Part shown: positions 39,730-48,624 of the stretch, piece after piece
How the letters are laid out: each line of letters begins with the position of its first letter
How positions within the stretch are numbered: position 1 is the stretch's first letter
Assembly: GCA_037443035.1 (NCBI GenBank)
Contig: JBBIPC010000014.1
Location: forward strand, 15,415 to 79,414
Direction of reading: 5' to 3'
Source: Chthonomonadales bacterium
GTDB taxonomy: Bacteria; Armatimonadota; Chthonomonadetes; Chthonomonadales; CAJBBX01
DNA: 64,000 bases
The notes under the pieces: generated by a model
What the model was told of the DNA's origin: nothing
The model's database searches: none
Seen by the model: the letters and a program-made list of their open reading frames with translations, nothing else
Translations under genes and position numbers: made by a program

Positions 39730-40521
39730 TCACGGCTTCGCCGGTCCAGGCGTCGCGTCTCCCTTGGCCAGACCCAGCGCCCAACGGATGCCGCCAAGCA
39801 TGTGCTGCCGTACCACCTCGTTCTCCCACACGTCTCCTCGATGGCCAAAGGCAGTGTAGAAAACGCGCCCCTTGCCATGCATCTTGCACCATGCGAGCAG
39901 GCAATCGCCAGGCTGATTGGCGACTGGCCGACCATCATCGGGATTCTTGTCCAGGTAGAGCAGCACGTGAACCTTGGACCGGTCGTTGTGCTTGAAGATG
40001 TACACCTCTTCGAGGATCTTCGTCCCTTTCACCCATGACGCTGTCGCGGGGTGTTTGGGGTCCTGAACTAACGGCTCGATGGTGCACTGGCGTCCGTGGG
40101 TGAGGAACTCGTCTCCGATGAGGTCGAGGTAGTCCGCATTGCCATGGTACGTGTCCGTGGCCGCATGCATGCCGATGAAGGCCTTGCCGCCCTTGATCCA
40201 CTCGATGAAGGCCTTGAGGTCCGGGATCCCGAGGTCCCCCGTCGTGTTGTTGAAGATAACGCCATCGAACTTGTTGGCGTTGAGGTATTCCGGCGTGAGC
40301 ATACGCTTCACATCATCGGCATTGCGGCAGAATTCGAGGGTGAAGATGCCCGTTCGCTCGCCGATCTCCAGGAGAGTCTTCTCTCCCACGGCGATGCCCT
40401 CTTCGTGCCGGAATCCTGCAGTGTGGCTTACCAGCAGGAGTTTCTTCTTCGGCGGAGCTGCGTACGCCATTGGCAGGCAACACGCTGCCAGAACAACCAA
40501 GACCATGAGACGCATTTCCAT
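39730..40521 (-). CDS. Exported ThuA-domain protein
   Basis: Signal peptide; TAGFRH, NTTG, GMHAATDT, GKGRVFYTAFGH. Confidence 0.9.
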   Translation of the reverse strand: MEMRLMVLVVLAACCLPMAYAAPPKKKLLLVSHTAGFRHEEGIAVGEKTLLEIGERTGIFTLEFCRNADDVKRMLTPEYLNANKFDGVIFNNTTGDLGIPDLKAFIEWIKGGKAFIGMHAATDTYHGNADYLDLIGDEFLTHGRQCTIEPLVQDPKHPATASWVKGTKILEEVYIFKHNDRSKVHVLLYLDKNPDDGRPVANQPGDCLLAWCKMHGKGRVFYTAFGHRGDVWENEVVRQHMLGGIRWALGLAKGDATPGPAKP

Positions 40522-40668
40522 GCGAAACCTCCCTTTCCGAGCCTCGCTTCATCCTCCGTGCCCGCTTCGCCTTCCTCTTCGACGTATGCCTTGCGGCTTC
40601 CTGCATCGCAACGAAGTGTATAATACAGTACAGACGCGCGTAGGCTGAGCGCTGTTCGGAGGGGAACT

Positions 40669-41325
40669 GTGCCAAGTCCAACTACCCAGAAAGTCCCTGT
40701 ACCGGCTCTGGAGCGGCTCGCCACGTACCATCGGCATCTCCTCGACCTGGAATCCGAACAGGTGGCCACGATCTCGTCGGCGGAGCTCGAGCAACATACC
40801 GGCATACCAGCCGCCCAGTTTCGCAAGGATCTCTCCTACTTCGGGGAGTTCGGCAAGCCCGGCGTAGGCTACAAGGTCTCCGACCTCCGAGCAGCCATCG
40901 GCCGCATCCTCCATGTGGACGAAGAGCAGAAGGTCATACTGGTTGGGGCCGGTAACTTAGGCGCCGCGCTCGTGGGCTATCCAGGTCTCAAGGAGCAGAA
41001 GTTCACCCTCGTGGCGGTCTTCGACAACAACTATGCCAAGATCGGGCGCAGGCTCTGGGACATGGAGATTCTGGACGTCGCTCGACTCCAAGAGGTAAAC
41101 GCCATCCACCAGGCGGGCATTGGCATTCTCGCCGTCCCCCGGCACGCCGCCCAGGAAGCTGCCGACGCCATGATCGCCGCCGGTGTACGTTGCATCCTGA
41201 ACTTCGCTCCCACGGTTCTTAGAGTGCCTCCGGAGGTCACCGTGCGGAACGTATCCTTCGTGCAGGAGCTGGCAGTCCTCTCTTACCACCTTGCGGCAGC
41301 GAACCCGTGCCAAGAAGCCAAATGA
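40669..41325 (+). CDS. rex: Redox-sensing transcriptional repressor Rex
   Basis: ERLATY, ISSAEL, QFRKDLSYFGEFG..GVGY, VGAGNLG.AL, ILNFAP; TATAAT at 40619-40624. Confidence 0.96.
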   Translation: MPSPTTQKVPVPALERLATYHRHLLDLESEQVATISSAELEQHTGIPAAQFRKDLSYFGEFGKPGVGYKVSDLRAAIGRILHVDEEQKVILVGAGNLGAALVGYPGLKEQKFTLVAVFDNNYAKIGRRLWDMEILDVARLQEVNAIHQAGIGILAVPRHAAQEAADAMIAAGVRCILNFAPTVLRVPPEVTVRNVSFVQELAVLSYHLAAANPCQEAK

Positions 41326-41374
41326 CGCTTGCCATTGGTGTGCCCTCGTGGGGCAAGGGGTGCTCGAAAGCGGT

Positions 41375-43006
41375 ATGATCGGCACCCAGGAGACAGACTT
41401 CCTCGTCATTGGGAGCGGCATCGCAGGTCTCACCTTCGTCCGGAAGGTGGCAGGTTGTGGCCTGACCGTCATGCTGACGAAGAAGGATCGGGCCGAATCG
41501 AACACCAACTACGCCCAGGGCGGCATTGCCGGCGTCATGTCGCCAGACGACAGCTTCGAGCTGCATGCCAGGGATACCCTCGCAGCGGGAGCGGGCCTCT
41601 GTCACGAGGACGCGGTGAACACACTCGTAGCGGAGGGGCCAGCGAGAATCCGCGAACTCATCGAGATCGGCGCAAGGTTTTCCTTGGAGCGAGACGCCTC
41701 CGGGCGTGAAGTCCTTGCTCTCGGCCGCGAGGGCGGTCACTCACGTAATCGAATCGTGCACGCCGTGGACCGAACGGGTTGGGAATGCGAGCGCACGTTG
41801 CTGGCGTCCCTGCGAGACCGCACGGACCTTCGCATCCTCGAGCATTGGTTCGTCATTGACTTGGCCATCGCTAGCGTCCACGGACAGGATACGTGCGCTG
41901 GTGCCTATGCCCTGAATACCGCCACCGGCGAGATATGCTTGTTCAAGGCGAAGGCTGTACTCTTGGCAACTGGCGGCTGCGGGAGAATCTACCTGCACAC
42001 CACGAACCCGGATATCGCCACCGGCGATGGTGTCGCTATGGCGTGGCGCGCAGGCGCCGCCATTGCCAATATGGAGTTCATTCAGTTCCATCCGACAACC
42101 CTCTACCATCCCCACGGTCGGTCGTTCCTCATCTCCGAGGCCGTCCGAGGCGAAGGCGGTATCCTGCGCACTTCCGATGGCGAGCCGTTCATGCACCGAT
42201 ACCACCCGATGGGTGACCTTGCTCCGCGCGATATCGTCGCTCGGGCCATTCATACCGAGCGTCTGAAGCGCGGAGAGCCGTGTGTCTACCTCGACGTCAC
42301 GCACCTCGGCGACGACTTTCTGCGGCGCAGGTTTCCAACTATCCATGCTCGCTGCATGGAGCTCGGCATTGATATCTCCACAGAGCCCATACCAGTCGTC
42401 CCTGCAGCCCACTACATGTGCGGGGGTGTTCAGACGGATCTCGACGGTCGGACCACCCTGCCGGGTCTCTTCGCGGCAGGCGAAGTGGCGTGCACAGGTG
42501 TGCACGGTGCCAACCGACTCGCCTCCAACTCCCTGCTCGAAGCCATGGTCTTCGGGCATCGGGCGGCGGAAAGCGCCAAGCAGCATGCCGCAGCGATGGC
42601 GAGCACGGGAGAGCTAGTCCCACGGCCAGCGCTCCTGGATGGTGAGCAAGCCATCGAGGGCGGCACAGAAGCGCCGCCTCCTGCGGTCGTAGGGGCCGCA
42701 CGTCGGCATCTACAGGCCGTGATGCATGACTACGTGGGCATCGTTCGCAACGTTCGTGGCCTGAACGCTGCGCGGGTCGAAGTCGCGCGCTTCCGGAAGG
42801 AAGCTCGCGATCTCGTTCGTGACTGCACCCCGGATGTTGACGTGCTCGAGTTCCGGAATATGAGCGATGTGGCAGCTCTCGTTGTGCACTGCGCCCTTCA
42901 GCGCAGGGAGTCCCGGGGTCTGCACTACATCCTGGACTACCCGAACACCGACGATACCCAGCGCCATGATAGCGTCGTTACCAAGTCGGATTCCCTGGAC
43001 AGGTAA
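41375..43006 (+). CDS. nadB: L-aspartate oxidase
   Basis: GSGIAG, YAQGGIA, EGGHS..RI.HA, QFHPT, LISEAVRGEG, PAAHY.CGG, HGANRLASNSLLE, ESRGLH. Confidence 0.96.
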   Translation: MIGTQETDFLVIGSGIAGLTFVRKVAGCGLTVMLTKKDRAESNTNYAQGGIAGVMSPDDSFELHARDTLAAGAGLCHEDAVNTLVAEGPARIRELIEIGARFSLERDASGREVLALGREGGHSRNRIVHAVDRTGWECERTLLASLRDRTDLRILEHWFVIDLAIASVHGQDTCAGAYALNTATGEICLFKAKAVLLATGGCGRIYLHTTNPDIATGDGVAMAWRAGAAIANMEFIQFHPTTLYHPHGRSFLISEAVRGEGGILRTSDGEPFMHRYHPMGDLAPRDIVARAIHTERLKRGEPCVYLDVTHLGDDFLRRRFPTIHARCMELGIDISTEPIPVVPAAHYMCGGVQTDLDGRTTLPGLFAAGEVACTGVHGANRLASNSLLEAMVFGHRAAESAKQHAAAMASTGELVPRPALLDGEQAIEGGTEAPPPAVVGAARRHLQAVMHDYVGIVRNVRGLNAARVEVARFRKEARDLVRDCTPDVDVLEFRNMSDVAALVVHCALQRRESRGLHYILDYPNTDDTQRHDSVVTKSDSLDR

Positions 43007-43028
43007 TCCTGTCCCACGTCCCACGCGG

Positions 43029-43136
43029 TCTTGCCTCATCTAAGAACCTGACCGAGAGCGTCTTGCGGTACGGGTGAGAGCGGGTGAATGCAATCCCATG
43101 TTCTTGGCAATAGCGGCATAGGTGGGCGTTACCAAA
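43029..43136 (-). mobile_element. Degenerate IS transposase remnant (integrase-core/ISNCY-like)
   Basis: Intergenic minus-strand frame reads FGNAHLCRYCQEHGIAFTRSHPYRK, resembling the F.N..L..YC....I.FTRSRPY.K core of DDE transposases. Confidence 0.65.
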
Positions 43137-43149
43137 GGTATGATGAAGT

Positions 43150-44505
43150 ATGCGCCGCACGTCTCGGTCCCGCTCCAGTTCCAGCCGTCCTGCATTACGA
43201 CGCATCCTTTATCCCTTCCAGCAGTTCCTCCAGCTCGAGACGTCCAGCGGCGTCCTCTTGCTCGTCTGCACCACTATCGCCTTGGTCTGGGCTAACTCCA
43301 GCTACGGAGACATCTACCGACAAATCCTGGACACACCAATTACCGTCGGCGTGGGCAAGTGGCTGTCGCGACACTCGGTACTATTCTGGATCAACGATGG
43401 GCTGATGGCGGTGTTTTTCTTCGTGGTTGGCCTGGAAATCAAGCGCGAGGTGATTGGTGGTGAGCTGGCCGACAAGAAGAAGGCCGCACTGCCCATCATT
43501 GCAGCCTTCGGAGGCATGGTAGCGCCGGCGTGCATCTATGCCTCGCTAAACTGGGGTACGGCCGACATCCATGGCTGGGGCGTGCCCGTGGCCACGGATA
43601 TCGCATTCGCGATTGGCGTGCTTACGATTCTGGGGGCCAGGGCACCGATCGCACTGAAGGTCTTTCTTACGGCTCTTGCCATTGCCGACGATATCGGGGC
43701 CGTGGTAGTGATTGCGTTGTTCTACGGTCACGGCTTCGTTCCTGCGGCGCTCGCCTTGGGTCTTGGCGTTCTAGCACTGTCGTGGGTTCTGGGGCGGATG
43801 GGGCTGCGTTCGCCAATGGCCTTCGCGCTCCTGGGTATCGGCGTATGGGCGGCCTTCCTGCAGTCAGGCGTGCATGCCACCGTTGCGGGCGTCCTTCTCG
43901 CCCTGACTGTCCCAGCAACCACCGAACTTGACGGTGATGAGTTCCGAGCCCGTGTCGAGGGGGCCATGGATGACTTCGCGCGGTTGCCGCGAGACGGTGT
44001 GCCGACCCTTGCCGCCGAGCAGCAAGCAGCGATTTCCGCCCTGGAAAGCGCGTGCGAGTCCGTGCAGACCCCACTCCAGCGTCTAGAGCGGATGCTCCAT
44101 CCCTGGGTGTCGTACGCCATCATGCCGGTCTTCGCGCTGGCCAATGCTGGAGTTCACATTGCGGGCATTGGCAAGCTAGAGCATCTTGGCGTTCCCCTTG
44201 GCGTCATCCTTGGCCTGGTGATTGGCAAGCCGCTGGGAATCACCGCGGCCTCATGGCTCGCAGTTCGGTTTCGCCTTGCCGAGAAGCCAAGCGACGTGAC
44301 CTGGAGGCAGATACTCGGCGCCGGTGTCTTGGGAGGCATTGGCTTCACCATGGCCTTGTTCATCGCCGGACTGTCCTACCGTCATCCCGCGACGCTCGCG
44401 GCGGCGAAGGCCAGTATCCTCGGAGCGTCCCTCGTCGCTGGCGTGGTTGGATACGCGTCTCTGCGATGGTGCTCGGTGCATTGCCGCAAACCAACGGCGG
44501 ACTGA
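43150..44505 (+). CDS. nhaA: Na+/H+ antiporter NhaA
   Basis: WINDGLMAVFFF.VGLEIKRE, GWGVPVATDIAF, LAIADD, GKPLG, GIGFTM. Confidence 0.96.
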   Translation: MRRTSRSRSSSSRPALRRILYPFQQFLQLETSSGVLLLVCTTIALVWANSSYGDIYRQILDTPITVGVGKWLSRHSVLFWINDGLMAVFFFVVGLEIKREVIGGELADKKKAALPIIAAFGGMVAPACIYASLNWGTADIHGWGVPVATDIAFAIGVLTILGARAPIALKVFLTALAIADDIGAVVVIALFYGHGFVPAALALGLGVLALSWVLGRMGLRSPMAFALLGIGVWAAFLQSGVHATVAGVLLALTVPATTELDGDEFRARVEGAMDDFARLPRDGVPTLAAEQQAAISALESACESVQTPLQRLERMLHPWVSYAIMPVFALANAGVHIAGIGKLEHLGVPLGVILGLVIGKPLGITAASWLAVRFRLAEKPSDVTWRQILGAGVLGGIGFTMALFIAGLSYRHPATLAAAKASILGASLVAGVVGYASLRWCSVHCRKPTAD

Positions 44506-44580
44506 GCATCAGACGAGCTTCGCTCGCGTGAACTAGGGTGCGGGACAGAGATCCCGGACTGTCCAAGACGTGTGATGCCC

Positions 44581-45288
44581 TCAGCAGAGCAATGCCGATA
44601 GGCGCCGTCTGAGTTCGTCGCGCACCTGTCGGAATGCAGCCAGGCGCTCCTCGGCAGAACCGTTCACTGCTGCTGGGTCCGGCAAGTCCCAATGCAAGCG
44701 AACGGCGTTCCCGAGGAAGACCGGACACTCCTCCTCTCCGCAGAGGGTGATGACCGCATCCACCTCTTCTGCAGGTACTTCGCTCACAGCCTTGGAGCGA
44801 TGGTGGGAGATGTCGATACCGGTCTCGGAAAGCACATGGACAGCTTCCGGACGGACGCTCGTAGGTTTGGAACCTGCCGACCAGACGCTGACATGGTCCG
44901 GCGCGAGTGCCCTGGCGATGCCCTCCGCCATCTGACTGCGGGCTGAGTTGGCCACGCAAAGGAACAGGATGCCGTGCGGTTCCAGCGCCCGGAGCACTGC
45001 GGCCTCCACGAGCCATTCCGGCGGGACGCCTGCGCCGCCTTCGTAGGTACGGCAGCACAGCGCTCCTGTGTCGGTGCTTCGCCCTTCGACGTCCCGACCG
45101 TTCACACGCACGGACGGGGAGCCGAGGAAACCCAGGCGTGCAGCGTCTTCCTCGGTCTCGACTTTCACGCATTCCACGACTGCTCCAGGTGCCAGGCGTT
45201 CTACCACACGCTGCGCGAGCTCCAGGGTGGGTTCGGCGTTGGGACAGCCGCCGAAACCCAGGACCTCTACGCGGATGGATCGATTCAC
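44581..45288 (-). CDS. arsC: Fusion: N-terminal thioredoxin-like domain + thioredoxin-dependent arsenate reductase (LMW-PTPase fold)
   Basis: GTG start overlaps the acr3 stop; N-term [23 protein letters not shown]; C-term [29 protein letters not shown]. Confidence 0.85.
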   Translation of the reverse strand: MNRSIRVEVLGFGGCPNAEPTLELAQRVVERLAPGAVVECVKVETEEDAARLGFLGSPSVRVNGRDVEGRSTDTGALCCRTYEGGAGVPPEWLVEAAVLRALEPHGILFLCVANSARSQMAEGIARALAPDHVSVWSAGSKPTSVRPEAVHVLSETGIDISHHRSKAVSEVPAEEVDAVITLCGEEECPVFLGNAVRLHWDLPDPAAVNGSAEERLAAFRQVRDELRRRLSALLC

Positions 45289-46388
45289 GATGTCTCCTCC
45301 CGGGCAGGCACAAAGTATCTGGCACGGAGTCGCAGGGACACATTCACCAGGCTGATGAGGACCGGCACCTCGACCAAAGGACCGATGACTGCTGCGAATG
45401 CCGCTCCGGAGCTGATCCCGAACACAGCAACGGCTACCGCAATCGCCAGTTCGAAGTTGTTGCTGGCGGCAGTGAAAGACAATGTGGCAGTCTTGGGGTA
45501 ATCGGCGCCGAGCTTGCTGCCTATGTAGAACGACACGAGGAACATGACCACGAAGTAGACGAGCAGCGGGATGGCGACCCGCACCACATCGAGAGGTAAC
45601 TGCACAATGTACTCGCCTTTCAGCGCGAACATGACGACGATGGTGAACAGGAGTGCAATGAGAGTGATGGGACCGATCCGCGGGATGAAGATCTTTTCGT
45701 ACGAGTCGCGCCCCTTCGTACGCAACCCCACCCACCGCGTCAGCATACCCGCGATGAAGGGTATTCCGAGGTATATGAAGACGCTCTCGGCGATCGCTCC
45801 GATGGTGATCTTGGAGAGATCCACATTGCCGAAGCTGAAGCCGAGCAGTGGCGGGAACACCTTCACGAAAAGATAGGCATACACCGAGTAGAAGAGAACC
45901 TGAAACACGGAGTTGAGAGCAACCAATCCGGCCGCGTATTCCGTATCTCCTCGCGCAAGCTCGTTCCAGACGATGACCATCGCAATGCAGCGCGCCAGAC
46001 CGATCATGATCAGACCGATCGCGTATTCCGGCTTGTCATGAAGGAAGAGCAAGGAGAGCAGGAACATGAGGATCGGGCCGACCACCCAGTTCTGTATCAG
46101 AGACAGCGCCAGGACCTTAGTGTTCCGCAACACCTCCGGCAATTCCTCGTACTTCACCTTGGCAAGAGGCGGGTACATCATGAGGATAAGGCCGATGGCA
46201 ATGGGTATGGAGGTCGTGCCGACCGATAGGTTGGTGATAGTCTTCACCACGCCCGGGGCTAGATAGCCCAGACCCACTCCGAAGGCCATTCCCAAGAATA
46301 TCCAGAGGGTCAGGTAGCGGTCGAGAAAGGACAGGTGGCGGACTACAGGTTCGTCCTGCATGGTCCGAGCTATGGCTTCGTCATTCAT
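45285..46388 (-). CDS. acr3: Acr3 arsenite efflux transporter
   Basis: [50 protein letters not shown]. Confidence 0.96.
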   Translation of the reverse strand: MNDEAIARTMQDEPVVRHLSFLDRYLTLWIFLGMAFGVGLGYLAPGVVKTITNLSVGTTSIPIAIGLILMMYPPLAKVKYEELPEVLRNTKVLALSLIQNWVVGPILMFLLSLLFLHDKPEYAIGLIMIGLARCIAMVIVWNELARGDTEYAAGLVALNSVFQVLFYSVYAYLFVKVFPPLLGFSFGNVDLSKITIGAIAESVFIYLGIPFIAGMLTRWVGLRTKGRDSYEKIFIPRIGPITLIALLFTIVVMFALKGEYIVQLPLDVVRVAIPLLVYFVVMFLVSFYIGSKLGADYPKTATLSFTAASNNFELAIAVAVAVFGISSGAAFAAVIGPLVEVPVLISLVNVSLRLRARYFVPAREETS

Positions 46389-46415
46389 GATCCCTTTGCT
46401 CTAGCAAGGTTGTCC

Positions 46416-46445
46416 TGCGACGAGCCGGCGTGCCGACTCGTCGCA
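46416..46445 (-). terminator. Strong intercistronic hairpin between arsM and acr3
   Basis: Minus strand TGCGACGAGTCGG-CACG-CCGGCTCGTCGCA, 13-bp stem with one G-U pair; no U-tract. Confidence 0.5.
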
Positions 46446-47327
46446 CTAACAGCAAGACGCCCGCCGCACTCGACGTGCTGGTTTTCTTGCACGTATGAAG
46501 GCGCTGACGAGCGCGCCGTCTAGCGTGTTCAGGTCGTTGACCGACAGCGCGCTCCAGGCTTCGCCCAGCGATGCTCGCATATCCTCGAGTGTGTACGCAC
46601 GCGTCGGCGTCACGGTTACGTCCACGAACCCGGCCTGAGCGAGACCCACGCGCACCTCGTCCTCCAATAACGCACCTGCGATGCAGCCTGCCCACAGATC
46701 TGCGTCGCGTCGCAGATCTTCCGGTACAGGCCTGCGCCATACGATGTCGGACACGGCCAGACGACCGCCCGGCTTCAGCACGCGGTATGCTTCGCGAAAG
46801 ACCCTCGGCTTATCGGCTGATAGGTTGATGACGCAGTTCGACAGGATCACGTCAATGCTGCGGTCCGGGAGGGGGATATGCTCCATCGTTCCTTTGAGGA
46901 AACAGGCGTTCTGGATTCCAGCCTTCGCGCGATTCCGCTCGGCAAGCTCCAGCATCTCGTCCGTCATGTCCACGCCATAGGCCATGCCATCAGGTGCGAT
47001 GCGCTGTGCAGCCAGCAGGACATCCACTCCACCGCCGCTGCCCAGGTCCAGAACGATCTCTCCAGGCTTCAACTCAGCCAGAGCTGTGGGATTGCCGCAG
47101 CCTAGGGAAGCTAAGAGAGCTTCCTCAGGAAGGTTACGGGCCTCCTGGGACGAGTAAAGCCCGCCGGTGATGGGGTCCGATGTCGAAGACGATCCGCAGC
47201 AAGCATCGGTGCCTCCGCTGCAACACGAAGCCTTCGCACGGCTTTCCAGGACTAGCCGCGCTGCTTGTCCGTAACGTTCCCGGACGACCTTCTGAATGTC
47301 CAACGTGCTGTTGTCGTCTTGTATCAT
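46446..47327 (-). CDS. arsM: Arsenite S-adenosylmethionine methyltransferase
   Basis: VRERYG, SCC..CC, SLGCGNP, LDLGSGGG.D, SNCVINL, WAGCIAGAL, C-terminal CC. Confidence 0.95.
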   Translation of the reverse strand: MIQDDNSTLDIQKVVRERYGQAARLVLESRAKASCCSGGTDACCGSSSTSDPITGGLYSSQEARNLPEEALLASLGCGNPTALAELKPGEIVLDLGSGGGVDVLLAAQRIAPDGMAYGVDMTDEMLELAERNRAKAGIQNACFLKGTMEHIPLPDRSIDVILSNCVINLSADKPRVFREAYRVLKPGGRLAVSDIVWRRPVPEDLRRDADLWAGCIAGALLEDEVRVGLAQAGFVDVTVTPTRAYTLEDMRASLGEAWSALSVNDLNTLDGALVSAFIRARKPARRVRRASCC

Positions 47328-47331
47328 AGGA

Positions 47332-47796
47332 TCACTCCTCCTGGGGTCCCGACGAATCGGTGAGGCAGGTATCCGGTGAGTCTTCCTTCCAGTTGGCCAG
47401 AGCGCCGCTGTGTCCATGGGCCGCGGCACCGTCGCCTCCTTCGAGCAGTCGCAGAACACTGGAGAGAACTCGGAGAGCAGACGGGTTCACCATACAGAGC
47501 ATGAACCGACCCTGACGCTCCACGTGGATGAGACCGGCGTGCTCCAGCTTGTGGACATGGAACGACAGTGTCGAGGTGATGTGTTCTTCTCCTGTCATGC
47601 GGCAACAGAGCTCGCCAATGGTGGCACCGTGCCTGCGATGGACTCCGCCTCCAGCGCTCAATGCCGCTTGATCACAACACGCCACCAGAATCTGGAAGAT
47701 TCGGAGCCTCGTGGGGTCGCCGAGCGCTCTGAAGATGGCCGCCGCTCGAACCAGGAAGTCCTTATCATCACTCGTCGCATACAGTTCGATATTCAT
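47332..47796 (-). CDS. arsR: ArsR/SmtB transcriptional repressor
   Basis: FRALGDPTRLRIF, two CC pairs, STLSFH..LEHAGLI..ERQGR; heads arsM-acr3-arsC. Confidence 0.9.
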   Translation of the reverse strand: MNIELYATSDDKDFLVRAAAIFRALGDPTRLRIFQILVACCDQAALSAGGGVHRRHGATIGELCCRMTGEEHITSTLSFHVHKLEHAGLIHVERQGRFMLCMVNPSALRVLSSVLRLLEGGDGAAAHGHSGALANWKEDSPDTCLTDSSGPQEE

Positions 47797-47832
47797 AGAA
47801 GTATTATGACATGCAGCCCTCATGCGTGTCAA
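47783..47832 (-). promoter_or_regulatory. Leaderless-type promoter with ArsR operator over the start codon
   Basis: TTGACA (47832-47827), 18 nt, CATAAT (47808-47803), 6 nt, ATG; imperfect palindrome TTCGAT-ATTC-ATAGAA at 47785-47800. Confidence 0.7.
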
Positions 47833-47883
47833 GGAGCGCAATCGTGCGTCGCAACCCCCGGTTTGGTGCTGCCGTCTGTACGA

Positions 47884-48561
47884 TCACTTTGGCGCGGGTT
47901 GCCCCAGGGGTAACAGGTACACAGGCCGAATACCCTCCGGCAGCTTGAGGAGTTCTGTGACTCTGGCCTCATCGAACCCGCCAACAGGAATGCTCCCGAG
48001 CCCGAGAGCGGTGGCTTCTAGGAGCACGTTCTCTGCGATGTGTGCAGCCTCCATGCAGGCATATCTTTCTGCCTTGGCGCCGGCGCGAGCTTCGAGCGGG
48101 GCGAGGTCCATGCCCAGCACCATGATGACCGGCGCGCCACCGAGATTCGCCGGGTTCGGCGGTATGGCGCGCAGTTCCTCGAGTACGTTGTCCGTGCGTA
48201 GGGTCTTGAGAGCATGCTCCTTGGGGACGTATTCGTGCACACCCTTTGTGTGTACGAGATAGACGTGGATGGAATACAGGGCCATGGCCGACGGCGCCGT
48301 CCGGAGCCCCTTCTCTGGTTCGGTAGTGCCTTGCGCTGCCCAGCAGAGCTGGCTGACCTGTTCGGCTGTGAGGGGAGTCTTGGCGTACGACCGACACGAT
48401 CGCCGCTTGGCAAGGGCCTCGTCGAGACTCATACCTCCCCTGGTCGAGGGCTTCGGCAACACCGTCAGACCGCTCTGCCGGGACGAGATCGGTGCTCCGA
48501 TGCTGGCCGCGACAAGTATCGCCAGACCTGTTACGCCGACGATGTAGCGTATTCGGACCAT
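47884..48561 (-). CDS. SagB/ThcOx-family nitroreductase-fold protein with signal peptide
   Basis: LAKRRSCRSY, QLCWAAQG, RTAPSA, EAAHIAENV.L.A..LGLG...GGF; hydrophobic N-terminus. Confidence 0.9.
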   Translation of the reverse strand: MVRIRYIVGVTGLAILVAASIGAPISSRQSGLTVLPKPSTRGGMSLDEALAKRRSCRSYAKTPLTAEQVSQLCWAAQGTTEPEKGLRTAPSAMALYSIHVYLVHTKGVHEYVPKEHALKTLRTDNVLEELRAIPPNPANLGGAPVIMVLGMDLAPLEARAGAKAERYACMEAAHIAENVLLEATALGLGSIPVGGFDEARVTELLKLPEGIRPVYLLPLGQPAPK

Positions 48562-48624
48562 TGGACTGCCTCCTTTCTCGAGCGCGAATGGCAGCAGTGA
48601 CCCGACCACTACTGCCGATAAGTG

